The position numbers and the translations under genes are program-made. Source: Adineta vaga (Eukaryota; Animalia; Rotifera). Taken from it: DNA of 64,000 bases. Below are positions 38,080 to 52,700 of this stretch, one piece after another. The notes beneath the pieces were generated by a model. The model did not search any database and was not told the DNA's origin. It was given only the letters and a program-made list of their open reading frames with translations. The DNA lies in assembly GCA_021613535.1 (NCBI GenBank), contig CP075492.1:10602001-10666000 (forward strand), read 5' to 3'. Each line of letters starts with the position of its first letter. Positions within the stretch are counted from its first letter, which is position 1.

Positions 38080-39927
38080 ATGGTTCAACGTTAACAACCG
38101 ATACTTTCCTTCACAGAATAGGTAAGAAGAAGAAAAAAACGACAGGAAACACATGGCTTTTCCATACTGTGAATAGCGCTAACTTTTTTTTTAAATATAA
38201 ATCCTAAAACAATGTCTCTAGACAAATATACATCTACGAAATACAGTCATAGTTTGTTTTATGGTAATAAATCATCGTTATATTCATTTGCTTTTTAATG
38301 AAATGTGATCAGTCAACGAGTAATGAATTGTTGACACGTCCCTGAAACGTTGTGCAATAGTTAAAATTCAAAAAGAAAAGATTTTATCACATTGCTGTAT
38401 ATTCAATCGCTTAATCTGCATACTTTAGTGTTTTTTAAAGCATAAAGCTGAAATAAAGGTAATGAAGGTTAAATACGAAGATAGACTGAACCCTAAGGGT
38501 TAATTTATTGCAACATACGCTGCAATAAACAGAATGGTAATTGATAAGAAAAAAGCACTGTTTGATCCTGTCTGAAAGATGAGTAGTATACTTGATTTTA
38601 ACAATTGATTCAAAGATTTGAATCTTTTCATGGACAAAAATTCAATGAAGATGAACAAAATAAAAAATATCCATATAAATTATATTTAAATTAACTAATA
38701 AAGAAGAGAAAATGAGATTTTCAAGTAGGAAGAATTACAAATCGATTTTTTTTCTATGATGTAATCAATTATAATCCTATGAGACAAATTTTCATTACTA
38801 TCAACAAAACCCGAGAGAAAGAGGAGAAAAAGAATTTCTAACTTTTCTTTTTTTTTCTCTCATCATTTCTGTTGTGAATACCTGTCGATGATGATTGTTC
38901 TAGCAGCGCTTCTGCTTCAAACTACTCATTCGCTTTTGCTATATGCTAATTTTACATCAGTTATGTATATATTCTTTTTTTTTTGAGATGATGATGATGA
39001 TGACGACGGCGACAAAATTCAATGAACAAGCACTACTACCATAAGAGAAAATGTATATGTAAGTTTGAAGGTCAAAATTCTTGTACAATGCTACTTCTAT
39101 TTATCCCTACAACTTGCACCTTTTTTTTTTACTTTTTCAATCAATACTATTCACATTCGTATACAAAAGCTGTGAATAGCAGCTGGTGTTTTTACTTACA
39201 TAACTTCAATATTTCATTGAGAAAAACAACGCCTCTTTTCTTCCCATATAGGCAGTGCAGTTTAAAATAAACTCTATCTATCATATTCACTCTTTCTATC
39301 ATATTCACTCTTTCTACAAAGTACAAGATTAGTTTTTCTACAGTATTGATTTATTTTCGTTTTTATTCTGACAGAAAACATTTGTTGTATAGCGTACGCT
39401 TTTATTCTTTCAGTGATAATTGATGTAGTTTAACAAGATAAGTTCTATAAGTATTGCATTATATTTACACTCATACTTGACATATTGATAAACGATGAAA
39501 AACGAGTATTTGACATTTAACAGAGAACAAAAAATCGAAGAACACGGATGCATTTTACTCTTAACTAATAGTTGACAATGAACATACACATTTTGATAAC
39601 TAATATATTTATTCATGTATTGTTCTTTAAAACTATTGTACCTTTTTCTTCTTCCTCTTCTTATTGATTTAAGAGCTTCTTTTTCGTATATTAATAGTCT
39701 CTTGAAAGAAGATTAGAAAAGAAAAATATATCGTTTAAGTACTGTTCATAACAAAAACTACTTAAAACAATAAATCATCGAATCTTTTTTCTTTCTTTTT
39801 TTTCGTTAGATACAAAAAAGAAACCCGGAAAGGTGTATCATTTTCTTCTTTATATTGTTCAATTTTCAAAACTATTCACTTTCATCCTTTTATAGAATCG
39901 AGTAATACATAAGACACTCTTTCTTAA

Positions 39928-41913
39928 ATGTCTGCGACAAATGAAGATGATTATATTGGTAATGAACGTTCTCGTTCAGGTTTCTTTCGCCGTTCATTTT
40001 CACCACATTCATTTGATAAATTACGTGATGAAGATAGTGATTATTTCTACAAACCAAAACGTGGTCCATCAAGAAGTAAATCAAATATTACAATTACACG
40101 ACCAATTAAAAAATTTGAAACAGTTACAACATTAATGGAACTTTTATCGAAAGGATCAAATCATAATTCTAAAACACAATTGAATGAAGATGTGGAACCG
40201 CCCACATTATCGAAAAACATTGATGAACAAAAATCATCACATTATTCAAGTTTTCTATCCATGGATGGTGAAAATTCATCATCAAATATTCCATCTACTC
40301 TTTCATCACGCTGTAGTTCATCAATATTAACAGGAGTAGAACATGAATCGTCAACAGTTGTTAGTGCAGAACCAATATCTGAATTAACTCAAACAAGTAA
40401 GAAAGTTACGTAATATTAGTTGAAAAAAAAACTTGAGTTTTCTTAAGCCAGATTCCTTACAATGATATGATCTCCTCTCTATTTCAGTTTCAAATCTTTC
40501 GAAAGAAGAATCACAATTGAATACGAATGAGGATAAACGAATCTATCCTACATCACCATGTCATGTACCAGCAGTAGGAATTAATGTAACAACAACAGGT
40601 GTTCATCTTGTTTTACTTGAACTCTATCCACAAAATATTGATCATTCTACAGTTATTTTTCAACGCTATTTAATTTCTTTAATTATTAATAATGAACATC
40701 AAGATTGGTCAATATCAAATGTTGAATTACGTACAACGATTGAACAAGAAGTTAATTTTCGTTTATTTACATTAACACACGAAGAATTTGATCTTATTCT
40801 CATACGTTTACAATCATTTACAAATTTTAAATCATCAATTGCATCATCATTTGTATTGAATATCGCTTTAACAGGTGAACAAACGATTGATTATGAACGA
40901 AAAATTTCTTCACGTTTAAATAAAATCAATTTGAATTTTGATATTATTCAATATCGTATTGAATCCTATATGATTGGTTTAGATTTCTTTCTTGGAAATA
41001 AACGTTTAATGCATAGTGATAAACAAGATGAATTAATTGAAGTCTTCAATGATAAACCAATTGAAGAGAATCGTCAAATTTATCCATATATATTAGTACA
41101 TGCCGAAGCAGGAAGTACTTTTTTCTATATTGTGCATACATCATGTCGATATTCTATATTAACATCGAATAATTTAAGTTATAAAACATATGCAAATTTA
41201 ATGAAACTTTTACAACCAGGATTTGACACCAAAAATGATGAACACACGTAAGCTATCATAAATTTCTTTATCTTCTATTTGAATTTTTCTTATTCTTTAG
41301 ATTAATTTCAACTTCATCATTTCCAATTCGACGTCCACCGCCTATTTCATTTGATTTTACACGTCAAGATTTATGTAAAAATTGTCATCGTCTATCAACA
41401 AATTTTTCAACTGAATTACCTTTAACAAGTTTTACACGTTTACCTCAACGATGTTTTCCATATGATTATTCAATATCGAAAACACCGCATTATATTTATC
41501 GTGGATGGTCCAATCGACGATCATTATCGTATGACAAGAACTTATCAACCTATGATGTTCATACTCAAACAGATGATAGTTTTCTCGAATCATCATCTTT
41601 ACAAATGCGTTTAGCAACACGTCGTTCACTATTATCAATGGTTACAATGAATATGGCATTGATTCTTAAATTATTATTGAAATTATATCCATCTGTACAT
41701 CATTGTATATTAATGGGAGAATTTTTTCAATTAGAAAAACAAGCTATACCTGATCTTGCTCTATTTATTCGATCAATTATGGGAAATGATACTCCACATA
41801 TTTATCAATTGAAACGAGAATCACTTATATCAGCACTTGGTTGTGCGCTTCCTCGAGTTTATTTTGATATTACTGATGATAAAGGAATTATAGGGAATGA
41901 TTGTATTGACTGA
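39928..41913 (+). CDS. Degenerate type II pantothenate kinase (fumble)-like protein with Ser-rich N-terminal extension
   Basis: Collinear remnants of PanK blocks: GINVTTTGVHLV (GLDIGGTLVKLV), LTGEQ (TGGGA), IESYMIGLDF, YPYILVH (YPYLLVN), LLSMVTMNM, MGEFF (VGNF) and KRESLISALGC (EHEGYFGAVG). Introns at ~40397-40487 and ~41248-41300. Confidence 0.7.
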
Positions 41914-42683
41914 ATTTGTTTTTTTTTCGAATGAATTTTTACTTTATTGAAAGGGAATTTTCATAGCTAATTAATTATATTGGGTTTGTGCACACTTGTT
42001 TGACAGATATAGAATGTAGTTCGGCCTATTTTGTTTTATATATTTTCCTTACAAAGTAAATAAAAACATTTACTAAATGATTTGATCAATGGCTATATAA
42101 CGGCTACTCTAATCGTAGTTATGACTCATACATGAAACTTTGAAGCTCTTAAAAGTTTACGTTTATATACAGGATGAAACTGACGTAAATCAAGTAAGCA
42201 ATCGATTCTTTTTTTCTTGTTTTTTTTACATCGTCGATTGAAATTGTTAATGTAAATATGGCCTGACAAAAAATTAGTCATTATTGTATTGTGATTAAAA
42301 AAAGAAATCATGAATTCGGCTGCATTCAATGTATAGAATATCATTCTGTTCTTTCAGTTTAAAACTTTTTCACTTCCTAGAACGAATAAACAATTCAGTT
42401 TTCTTTCTTCTTGTAGAGTAAGAAATCATATTGTTGTTCTAACATTCTCTTACTACCCTTTTTTCAACAATTAAACGTATCAAGAATAAGAAAAAAGAAG
42501 AAAATTAACAAAAAAATTTCATTTCAATGAATAGTAAATATTGTTCGTTCTTCAATTTTTTTTGCATCTGTGTATGAATGTTCCGAGTAGATGAATTGCT
42601 CTTAAAGTAGAAGTATTTAAACAGAAAAAAAAAGAAAACGCCTATACAGTAAGCAGAAAAAAAAGTGTTCTTTTGGTGTTAAC

Positions 42684-44536
42684 ATGAGTCGTTCTCACTG
42701 TATTATCAACGTTTTCTTGTTAATTATCAATATATATACGGTCAACTCTTTTTTTACCTACAACGTGGGAAATGTTGTTGCCGTACGCAACATAAGTTGC
42801 CGTATAGATGCTAATGGAACGACAGCAAGTAATTTTCATTACTGTGTTTTTCGTGGGTATTATCCAACAATGGATAGTGAGCTTCCAGGATTTATAGCCT
42901 ATACCGGCTTACGGTACGGAAACTCATTTATTCGAATACGACAAAGATGTAGTGCATTTCAATGGAGCACAAGTACTATCGGTAGTGGTACATGTACTCC
43001 GCAAACACAATTTGAAACGTTCTCATCTATGACTCTTTGTATTTGCGCAACTAACAACTGTAATCAGGATAGAACAACTTGCGAAATATCGATTTCCAAT
43101 ACGTCGACTGTAGCATCAATTGACGCTTTCATACCGACTTTATCCGAACATGTTCCATGTAATTTTACGAATGGTTCATCTCTTGTATGTACAGAACAAC
43201 CATATGTAAATTCTTTAGCTTGTGAACAATATGTTAGAAATAATAGTTTACTATGTGCTATTACAATGAATGGAACACAAATTATACAAACAGCATTAGT
43301 CGAAGCAGACTACGAGAGATATCTTTCTGAAAAAGTTTATCAATTAAAATTATTATACACTAACAATTCAGGAAGTCAATATAATGAAACGACTAATAAT
43401 GTTTATTACAAATATTCTTTTAGCACTACGCAATCTCTTGAAGAATGTGCATGTACCAATTCTTCCTTTTGTAATTCTGATATGAATACATGTGCGTTAC
43501 TTAACACTCAATCAACAATGACTATAACATCAGCAACAGCATCAACACAAAGTATGACAAGTGTACAGGTTAATTCCAATGCAACAACAGCCAATTCCAC
43601 AGTTATAGCATCAACACAAAGTATGACAAGTGTACAAGGTAATTCGAATGCAACAGCAGCTAATTCCAATGCAACAACAGTCAATTCCACAGTAATAGCA
43701 TCAACGCAAAGTATGACAAGTGTACAGGTAAATTCCAATGCAACAACAGTCAATTCTACAGTTATAGCATCAACACAAAGTATGACAAGTGTACAAGGTA
43801 ATTCGAACGCAACAGTAGCTAATTCCAATGCAACAACAGTCAATTCCACAGTAATAGCATCAACGCAAAGTATGACAAGTGTACAGGTAAATTCCAATGC
43901 AACAACAGTCAATTCTACAGTTATAGCATCAACACAAAGTATGACAAGTGTACAAGGTAATTCGAACGCAACAGTAGCTAATTCCAATGCAACAACAGTC
44001 AATTCTACAGTTATAGCATCAACACAAAGTATGACAAGTGTACAAGGTAATTCGAATGCAACAGCAGCCAATTCCAATGCAACAACAGTCAATTCCACAG
44101 TTATAGCATCAACACAAAGTATGACAAGTGTACAGGTAAATTCCAATGCAACAACAATCAATTCTACAGTTATAGCTTCGACACAAAGCATGACAAGTGT
44201 ACAGATAAATTCCAATGCAACAGTAGTAACTAATACTACAAGAACAACCACGACAGCAACAACTAGCACTACAGGAACGACTTCAACAACAAGCTTAGAC
44301 CAGCAAAGTAAATATTTTCTTGGAATAGACAGCATATCATCATTATTTTTTCTATTTAAGATCTAGTAACAGGTGAACCAGGTCTTGGCAAAGCAGCAAC
44401 TGCTGGTATCGTATGTGGTATTATTTTTTCTGCTCTTCTATTCATCGGAGAGATTCTCTTCTTTAAATTCGTTTATTCTCGTATGTGTGGTCCGTCAGGT
44501 ACCGAACGTTCAGTTGCTTATCATGCAGATGGTTAG
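42684..44536 (+). CDS. Type I membrane glycoprotein: Cys-rich ectodomain, tandem-repeat mucin stalk, TM
   Basis: Signal peptide and two Cys-rich modules ending CICATNNCN and CACTNSSFCN, then S/T/N repeats. After the intron (~44308-44365) comes GLGKAATAGIVCGIIFSALLFIG (TM), with a stop at 44534-44536. Confidence 0.82.
43539..44225 (+). repeat. Coding minisatellite of 69-nt and 90-nt units
   Basis: Units begin at 43539, 43608, 43698, 43767, 43857, 43926, 44016, 44106 and 44175 (ASTQSMTSVQ...). Confidence 0.95.
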
Positions 44537-45087
44537 CTGACATTATAAATAATATTTAATTTTTAACCGTGCGAAACAATTCTGCTTTCAAAAATCGTGT
44601 TGGACATTTTACAAGATACCTATTTTATTATTATTTTCTTTTCTTATTTGCCACATAAATATTTGTATTGATATAGAACTATCTTTTAATATCTTATAGA
44701 TAACGAAGAGAATTATTTTATTTGGAAATGTATCATTAACGTTGTAAATTTTAATCTGATATTGATCATATGCTCTAGTTAATCTGTTACTATTCTATAA
44801 AAGATAAAAATATTGCTTTTAATCTTGTTCAAAGACATAATCGTATGAAGTATGATTTATTCTTTTTTGAATAAATGATATCATAGATATTGAATATATG
44901 TAAAATAATTTCATTTCATTTGCTTATGTCTCATATTTCTCACATCTAGCCAAATGTCGTGACAAATAAAACAAATGACATCTGTCTATTTCGGACATAG
45001 TTAAATGTCTTACACCAAATACATTCATTATTTTATATTTCATACATTTGTCATTCATCATTCGATAAAATTATTTTAGATTGACCA

Positions 45088-45810
45088 ATGTATTTCTATA
45101 GAATTCTTTTTCTTTTCTCTTTTTCTTCGACAATTTTAACTAACAACGACTTTCTTTTGACAAGTACAAATTATTCTTATCATATTCATTGTAATCATAA
45201 TTTTTCTATTAAAATCAATTCAATTCAATATCTCTATCAAAAATACAATTGTACACTTGTTCTTTCTCATCCAAATCATCACCATCATCATCATCATCAT
45301 CATCTATGGAACATATGTTTAAATCAATCATCATGTTTTATTAATCTAAAACCTTTTCCCAACATTGGTATTCGACAGCATCTGTCCGAATGTCATACGA
45401 CTAAATTAAAATCTATCCAAATGAATTATATATGTATCAATCATAGATCTATCTTAACAAAGACGACATATTCTGATACTGTAAATACGATTATACTATG
45501 TTTTTGCATGGTTATTTCTGTTAGTTTACTTGCTCTTATCTGTTCGTGTCTTCGACATCTTTCCAGACATGATATTGAAGAATACAAACATTCAATCATT
45601 AATACTAGAAATAACATCCAATCGATTTATGATAATCAAAGTAAACAAGACTATGAATTGAAAAAATTATTCTCGATTGAAACATCTTCATCTGCATCAA
45701 CATTAACATCCGTTACTAGTAGAAACCTTCGAACAAATTCAAGTGAATACGATAATTTAATACAGCTGATATCATCTATGAGAATTATCAATACAAATAA
45801 TCCAATATAA
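45088..45810 (+). CDS. Single-pass membrane protein with SUEL/galactose-rhamnose lectin-like domain and poly-His insert
   Basis: Signal peptide, IHC....IKI..IQY....C...C.NQSSC...C....KSIQMNYIC Cys spacing, and TM IILCFCMVISVSLLALIC. Confidence 0.6.
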   Translation: MYFYRILFLFSFSSTILTNNDFLLTSTNYSYHIHCNHNFSIKINSIQYLYQKYNCTLVLSHPNHHHHHHHHHLWNICLNQSSCFINLKPFPNIGIRQHLSECHTTKLKSIQMNYICINHRSILTKTTYSDTVNTIILCFCMVISVSLLALICSCLRHLSRHDIEEYKHSIINTRNNIQSIYDNQSKQDYELKKLFSIETSSSASTLTSVTSRNLRTNSSEYDNLIQLISSMRIINTNNPI

Positions 45811-46797
45811 CATTCTTTTCTTCGTTTTTGCTTCTCTGTTAAATCAGACTTTATTTACCTAAAGAATTAAAGGAATGTGTTTATTATCGACAGAACATCT
45901 TTAACACTATTGATCGAATAATAAAGTGAAGACATCGATTGTTAATGTGTGTATCCGTGCCTTAAAAACTAATCAATTCACTATTGATAACATACCATCA
46001 AATAACAACATTTCTTGATCGCATCGTTGATTTGAACGATGTAATCATCATCGTTAGCAGCTATTTTTGACGCACAATAGGAGGGATGATGTATGTGTCT
46101 CATCATTCGGGATTCATCTGCGATATCATCGAAGCAAAAATGTATGAAAGAAGACAAACGCTAGTCTGATAAATTCTATCATCCATATATGTATATGAAA
46201 TATATTTCTTTTTTTTCCTATCTTTCTCTCTCTCTTTCTTTCATTACTTGATTATCTTTCTGCTACACGGCAGTGCATCACATAGGCGTATGTACTTTTG
46301 CTTTCTTATACATGCGCTAGCAGCAAAGTGAGAAAGGCGAAAAAGGAAAGTAAGAAAAGGAGAAAGAAGAAGAACTCATCGCTTTCTCTCCTTTTCCTTT
46401 TTGTTCTAACCATTTAATGTATATACGTGTGTGCGTTTTGTACAGTTATTTTTCTTCTTCTTCTTCTTCTCCTTCTTCTTTCTCATAATACTTTTGTATT
46501 GTCGTTTGTCTTTTGTAGTACACAGTTTACTAGTCAGTCGCGAAAGAGAAAGAGAGGGAGAGCGGAAAAAAAAGTAAGAAGAAGTATATATATATATTTA
46601 TAATAATAAATAGAAATTGAGAGAAAAAGAAAGACAAATACTGTATTGAACAATTTTATCTTCGTCACAACAATGTCAGTTAGTTTCTCTGTATTATTCA
46701 AATCACGCAATTGTGCGTGACTTATTTTACTTACAAATTAACACATTTCAATTTGTACGTACATATATATATATATTGTCGTCAAACTATAATTCAA

Positions 46798-49700
46798 ATG
46801 GCTACAATTATACAGAAGACAAGCAATATGATTTCTCCTGATACGAATGGTACTATAAAAACTACCATTACAAATAATGATCATATCATAACACTCAAGC
46901 ATATCCATAATAATAAAGGTAAGGATGAATATAAACAGAAAGAAATGTCAATCATTTCTGTCGACAATGATATGTCTAAGTGAACATTAATATTTTTCAA
47001 TGACACTTAATAGAGAAATTGAATAGTATTGCAAGTAATAAAGAAAGTCTGGAAGATTTCTAGTTGAGAATATCCTAGTATGGATAAGATATGAATGAAG
47101 TTAATCTATTTTTCTCCTGATCTTTGATCGTATATACATATATTCGTTTTTCTGTTATGTTAATCGATAATGGTATCGAATGGACTTACTTCTTCACTTT
47201 CTTTATTAGTCACGTAACTCGAACAGATTTTGACCTTTTCTGTCTACAGATCAGATAGATAGTCTTCTTTCTCATATATACACATCTGTTCATTGTTCAT
47301 CATTAATCTGGATATATATATATATATATATATGTATACATGCAGGCACAAGAGAGACGTTTTCTGTCTTGATATACAACTGCGAGTAATGACACAATAT
47401 TGATTGTTTATTGTTTTTCGTTAGATCAATGAGCTTTTTTTTCTTCTTTTTATTAGATTATGTCTAGGTTGAGATATAACCTTCATTTTCTTTTCAAAGA
47501 AAATTATTGACAATGAGAATGAGAAGACAAGATATATGTATTCATACATCTTTTCTTGTCTTTCAATAAAACTCAAAGACCTTGAATTGATGGTAGAAGG
47601 GTAGATTCAATGCTGACAGCTATTAATTTCGTTATCGATCACCATGAGTTTACCTCTCATCGTGTCGTACAATAACGATCAAATTACCTAACAAGTTGTC
47701 AACACCTCTATTCATCAAATAACAGAATCGACTAAGTCAACATATGTAGGCACCATCCTTCTATGTCCTTTTCATATCTCGAATAAATTAATTAAATTAT
47801 TAAGTTCCTATCCTTGGAATCTGCATTGAATATTATCTTTTACTTATGACTTTAGAAAGCATTGATGCTACAAATTCTGATCCAATTATTGCATGCGAAG
47901 CACTTCGTCAACAAAATGATGCACTTCGACAAGAACTTCATGACATCCGACGCGTATGTATCTTACTCTATTATTTGAAGATGAGAAAATCAGAGTAAAT
48001 TATTACCTCGTCGGATATGCTCAATTGCTATTGATATAGTAATCATCTGATGACATTGTCCGTATATATATATATATATATATGACTTCTTTCTTCGTTT
48101 CACTCCACACTACATCCTCAGTGCGTTTATGTGTGTGTGTGTCTGATAAGGATATTTAATGCATAAGAGATATACTTGAAATAGATATGTCGATGACATA
48201 GATCGTTTCTCTTCTTCTGTCCTTGAGAGAGAAAAAGAAGAAGAAAAAAAAGAGGCGGAAAAAAAGAAATGTTTCAAATCAATGATATTTCTCTTGAAAT
48301 AAATCTGATAGTACTATTTATTATTCATTTGATTCCTAGGAAATGGATGAGATTACAGACCAATTTCGTACTGAAGATGCCGAAGAATTCAAACAATTAC
48401 AAGCAGAACTTGAAGTTGCTGGTACGTGAGAGATCAAAAAAAGAAGAAATTGAACTTTTATTTTCTAAATTTTTTTTAGCTAAAAATTGTCGAATTCTTC
48501 AATTTAAATTACGTAAAGCTGAGAAACGAAATGAAACTGTCGAAGCTGAAAAAGATGTTTTAGAGGGTAAGATCAACATAAATATTTCGATCGATTGACT
48601 GTTTTCAAGTATTCAGTCACTCATTTCAAGATCAAATAGACCTTTTCGTATTTGATCTTTTTTCTTTTCATATTAGTAACCTATACGAATCAAATCGATT
48701 AAGTTCGAACCTTGATAAATATCGATTGTTGACTTGAAACAACTTACTATCAATAGATTCGGCCTTTAGAGAAAATGTAATTATTCCTTATTGTTCAGAT
48801 AACAAAACTGTAAAAAATCTTCGATCATGAAAAGTATCATCGTAGATCAACATTAGATGAAAAAGATATGAATGATAGCTCCATCTGGCTTGTCAGCTGT
48901 TACTTAAATAGACTTTCTTTGTTGCAAATTACAAATAAGTATTGAATTTTAAGTCCATAGTGATGAAGTTGATGGATTAATCTTGTCAACATATTTGTTT
49001 ATGATGTTTTAATTAAATATTTTGTATCTACAACGTTTTGATCCTCGAAAGAAAAATGTCTTTTAGGAAGATCAAATTTCTCGTTGAAAGAAACTCTGCA
49101 TAGCAGTTCTATTGTAAACAAGTCTTTGAGATTTTTGTTACACTTCTCAATTACAGCATATGAGGAAAGAAATTGCCTTGAATACGAGATGATTTATGTT
49201 TAGAAAAAATTCAACAAATTATCCGTGATAATCAACGAGTTCGTTCTTTGGATGAAGAATTACTTGTGGCAAAAGAAGTTAGTGTTCGTTTACATGGTGA
49301 ACTTGAAAGAAGTGAACAAGCAAGATTATTAACTGAAAAATTAAATATCTCTCTCAAACAAAATCTTGATACTCTCAAAGAATCTTTCGATGATAAATTA
49401 ACTCAAGTAAAATTACAATAAATTCTTTTCTCATTATTTTTTCCTTAATCTCTTTAGAATACAAATGATGATTATCAATCCTGGCAAATCTTTGTCTATT
49501 TCTATGAAACTCTATTTCGAGAATATATGCTAATGGAAGAAATAACATATTTAAATCTGAAAAATACTAATTCTAAATCTCCAGAAATTGTCATGGATAG
49601 TCATCGAAATGATTTATCCGATTTAATGACATCATATCAACAGAAGATTAGTGCACTTAATGATGAAATTTATCATTTAAAGAATGATGTCGATGATCGT

Positions 49701-52700
49701 GATCGAGAAATATCTCAATTACGTATTCAACATAAAATTTTAAAACAACGAAGTCAAAGTGTTGATCGAAATGGTTATTCATCAATTGAGAATGAAAATA
49801 ATACGAATCGATCAAAACGTGGTACTAGTGTTGATGCTGGTGGAAATCTACGTGAACAACTCGATGCATCGTTTGGTGAAGTACGTTTATTGAAGAATAA
49901 ATTACTTCGATTAGAAGATGAATTGAATAATTCCGTACTTGAAAAAGAAACTTTATTAATGAAACTTGATCAACAAACAAAACAAGGATTTGATGAGATC
50001 ATTAGTAAAGATTTACAAAACTTTACATATAAAATTGGTAAGAACAATTCAATAACAACAAAGAAATCTACTTTCATTCGTAATCTTTTAACCTAGATGC
50101 ATTAACAATCTTTATGAAAGAAAATAAAACCGATGAAAAGATTATCACTGATATTCAACAACTATTTCGATCAACAAGATGGAGTAAAGAAATAACCGTA
50201 TGTATTAATCAAATTGATTAGTTAATCTTTCAATGTAGATCTAGTTTTGGTCTAAACCAAAGATTCTATGAAGAACATCTTTTCTAATTAGTAATTAATA
50301 GGCTTTTTTTTTCTAATGAAAAGAATATGTTAGAGAATATCAATGACAGATATAACAAACGAGTGGAATATTTGTTTTGAAAAACGATATGTCTATCAGT
50401 TTCAGTAACAACTGCAATAGATGATTTTCTAAGACTGTTTGTCAATCAAAAATATAGAAACAGACAAATAGAATTATAATTTATAGATGTACTCGTAGTA
50501 TCATTAGTTAATGGACGAAGAACCTCATAATAAGATTTTTAACAGTTAGATATAGTAGATGACAATAATCGAGTAGAAACAAGAACTCTTTGAAAAATGC
50601 CGATATATTATTTATTCATTTAGGACGATCAATTACAAAATCTTTCGACTATTACAAAAGCCAATCAGCAAACAACGGATATTATTCAACAAGCAAAAGA
50701 ATTGTTTACTCTTTTACAAGATAAACTTGTCATTCTCGATAAGATTCGTTATCGTTTAACAAATGTAACGATCGATGCAACTGATACCTGTGCTTTATTA
50801 GAAGAACTAGATACAACGAAAAAGAATCTCGACGAACGTCAAGAAAAATGTAATCGTTTACAAAAATCAGTTGATAATCTTCAACAATCTTCGAAACAAA
50901 TGGAAGAACAATTACAAATACAATTGGAAAAGAATCAAAGTTTAGAGAAAACTTTAGAACATCAACGAATAGTTAATAATGAATTACAACAAGAAAATAC
51001 ACGTCTTTCCACATTAAATGCTAAACAATTACAAGATCTGAAACATGTCGAACAATTACGTCAATCGATTTTAACATTTGAGAAAAAGCTCGATCAAAAA
51101 CAAACACGTGTGAATGAATTATCGATGAAAATTATTGAAAAAGAAGATATTATTGAAACAAAAGTGAAAGAATGTCAAAAACATCGATTGGAATTACGAG
51201 AATTGGAAACGAAATATCATACATTAGGAAAACAATTAGAAGAAGAAATATTAGCAATGACAAAAGAAATGGAAAAACTTAATGTGGAAAAAGAAATGTT
51301 AAGATTTGATCTGGAATCAGTTCGATTAACTCAACAAAATGTATGTTTTCCTTGTCTATATTATTCACAAATCTATTTTGGATCTTTTTCAGGATCGTCC
51401 AACATCGACCAAATCAGCAGCTGAAGAAGAAATTTTTCGTGTTCAAGCTGAATGTCGTCAACAGATTGTCGATAATGAAATCGATTCGTATAAACTTCGT
51501 CTCAATCAATTAAACAGTGAAAAAGAAGAACTATTGAAAACAGTCAAAGATTTCGAGAAGAAATATAAAGAATTACAAAATAATTATAATGCTGATGAAC
51601 AATCATTAACACGATTGAAGACCGATATGAGTGATAAACAACGCAAAGTAAAAATGTTCATTTCTTTTTCGTGCACAAACGAAAGGTTTTTTCTTTTCAA
51701 AAATATTTTTCAGTATGATGAAAGTATTAAGATGAAATCTGAATTACAAAATGCTGTGGATCGTCTCCGTCAAAAATTATATGATCTCGAAGTTCATTCT
51801 CAAGAAAAACAAAATAAATATACGATTGATAAACAACAATGGGAAGTTCAACGATTGGAATTGACTGGAAAAATCAATGAAGTAAAAAAATAAATTGAAA
51901 AATTAGATATAATCACAACAAAGAAATGTTTTTTCTTTAGCTGGAAGAACAACTATCTAAAGTAACAAAACGTCAACGAAAAGATTTAGAAACTACATGG
52001 AAGAAAGAACGTACGGATCTACAAAAACAACTTCAACAATCTCACCAACTATTGAAAGATATGCAAAAACAAATGATTCATCGAGAATCACCTAGTCATT
52101 TAACAGAAAAAATCAATGTATTGATGACTGAAAATGAATTATTATTAAATAAAATACGAGAATTAGAAAACATTGTCGATGATGTACAATTACTGAAGAA
52201 TGAAATGCAACGTTTACGAGATAAAAATTCATCGGATTGGAATTATTGGAGAAAACAACAGAGTGATTTATATGCACAATTACGACAACAACAATTTGCT
52301 AAAGAAAATATTCTGAATAAATTTGATAAATTACAAAAACAAGTAAGAAATCGAAATATCAATTTGTATTCCGTTAAACTTTTACTAAAATGTTCTAGAT
52401 CAAATCTAGTGAGGGCCATGATCGATTGATTCGTGATATTAGCGTTGGTCCTTTATCTCTGAATGGTTTACATAATGAAGCTACTATCAAAACAAGTTTA
52501 TCAAATTTCAGTCGAGAAACATTTGGTGATGATATTGAACTTCCACATGGAACTATCGATGGACGAACAATAAGTTCTAGTGATATTGTTGGTGCAATCG
52601 ACGATTCTAAAGTAACAGTTGGATCGATGAATGATAATGATAAACAAGAAACATTCAAGAAAACGTATTCTGTTCAAGAAAATACTGCTGCTAGTCTTGA

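Noticed and set aside
39277-39316. 18-nt tandem duplication tctatcatattcactctt
   Set aside because: Simple local slippage with no supporting structure.
43539-44225. Repeat array as a CRISPR-like structure
   Set aside because: Units are in-frame multiples of 3 with no unique spacers, there are no cas genes, and the context is eukaryotic.
43508-44335. 275-aa minus-strand hydrophobic repeat ORF
   Set aside because: It is the antisense shadow of the mucin minisatellite. The plus frame has a signal peptide, ectodomain and TM.
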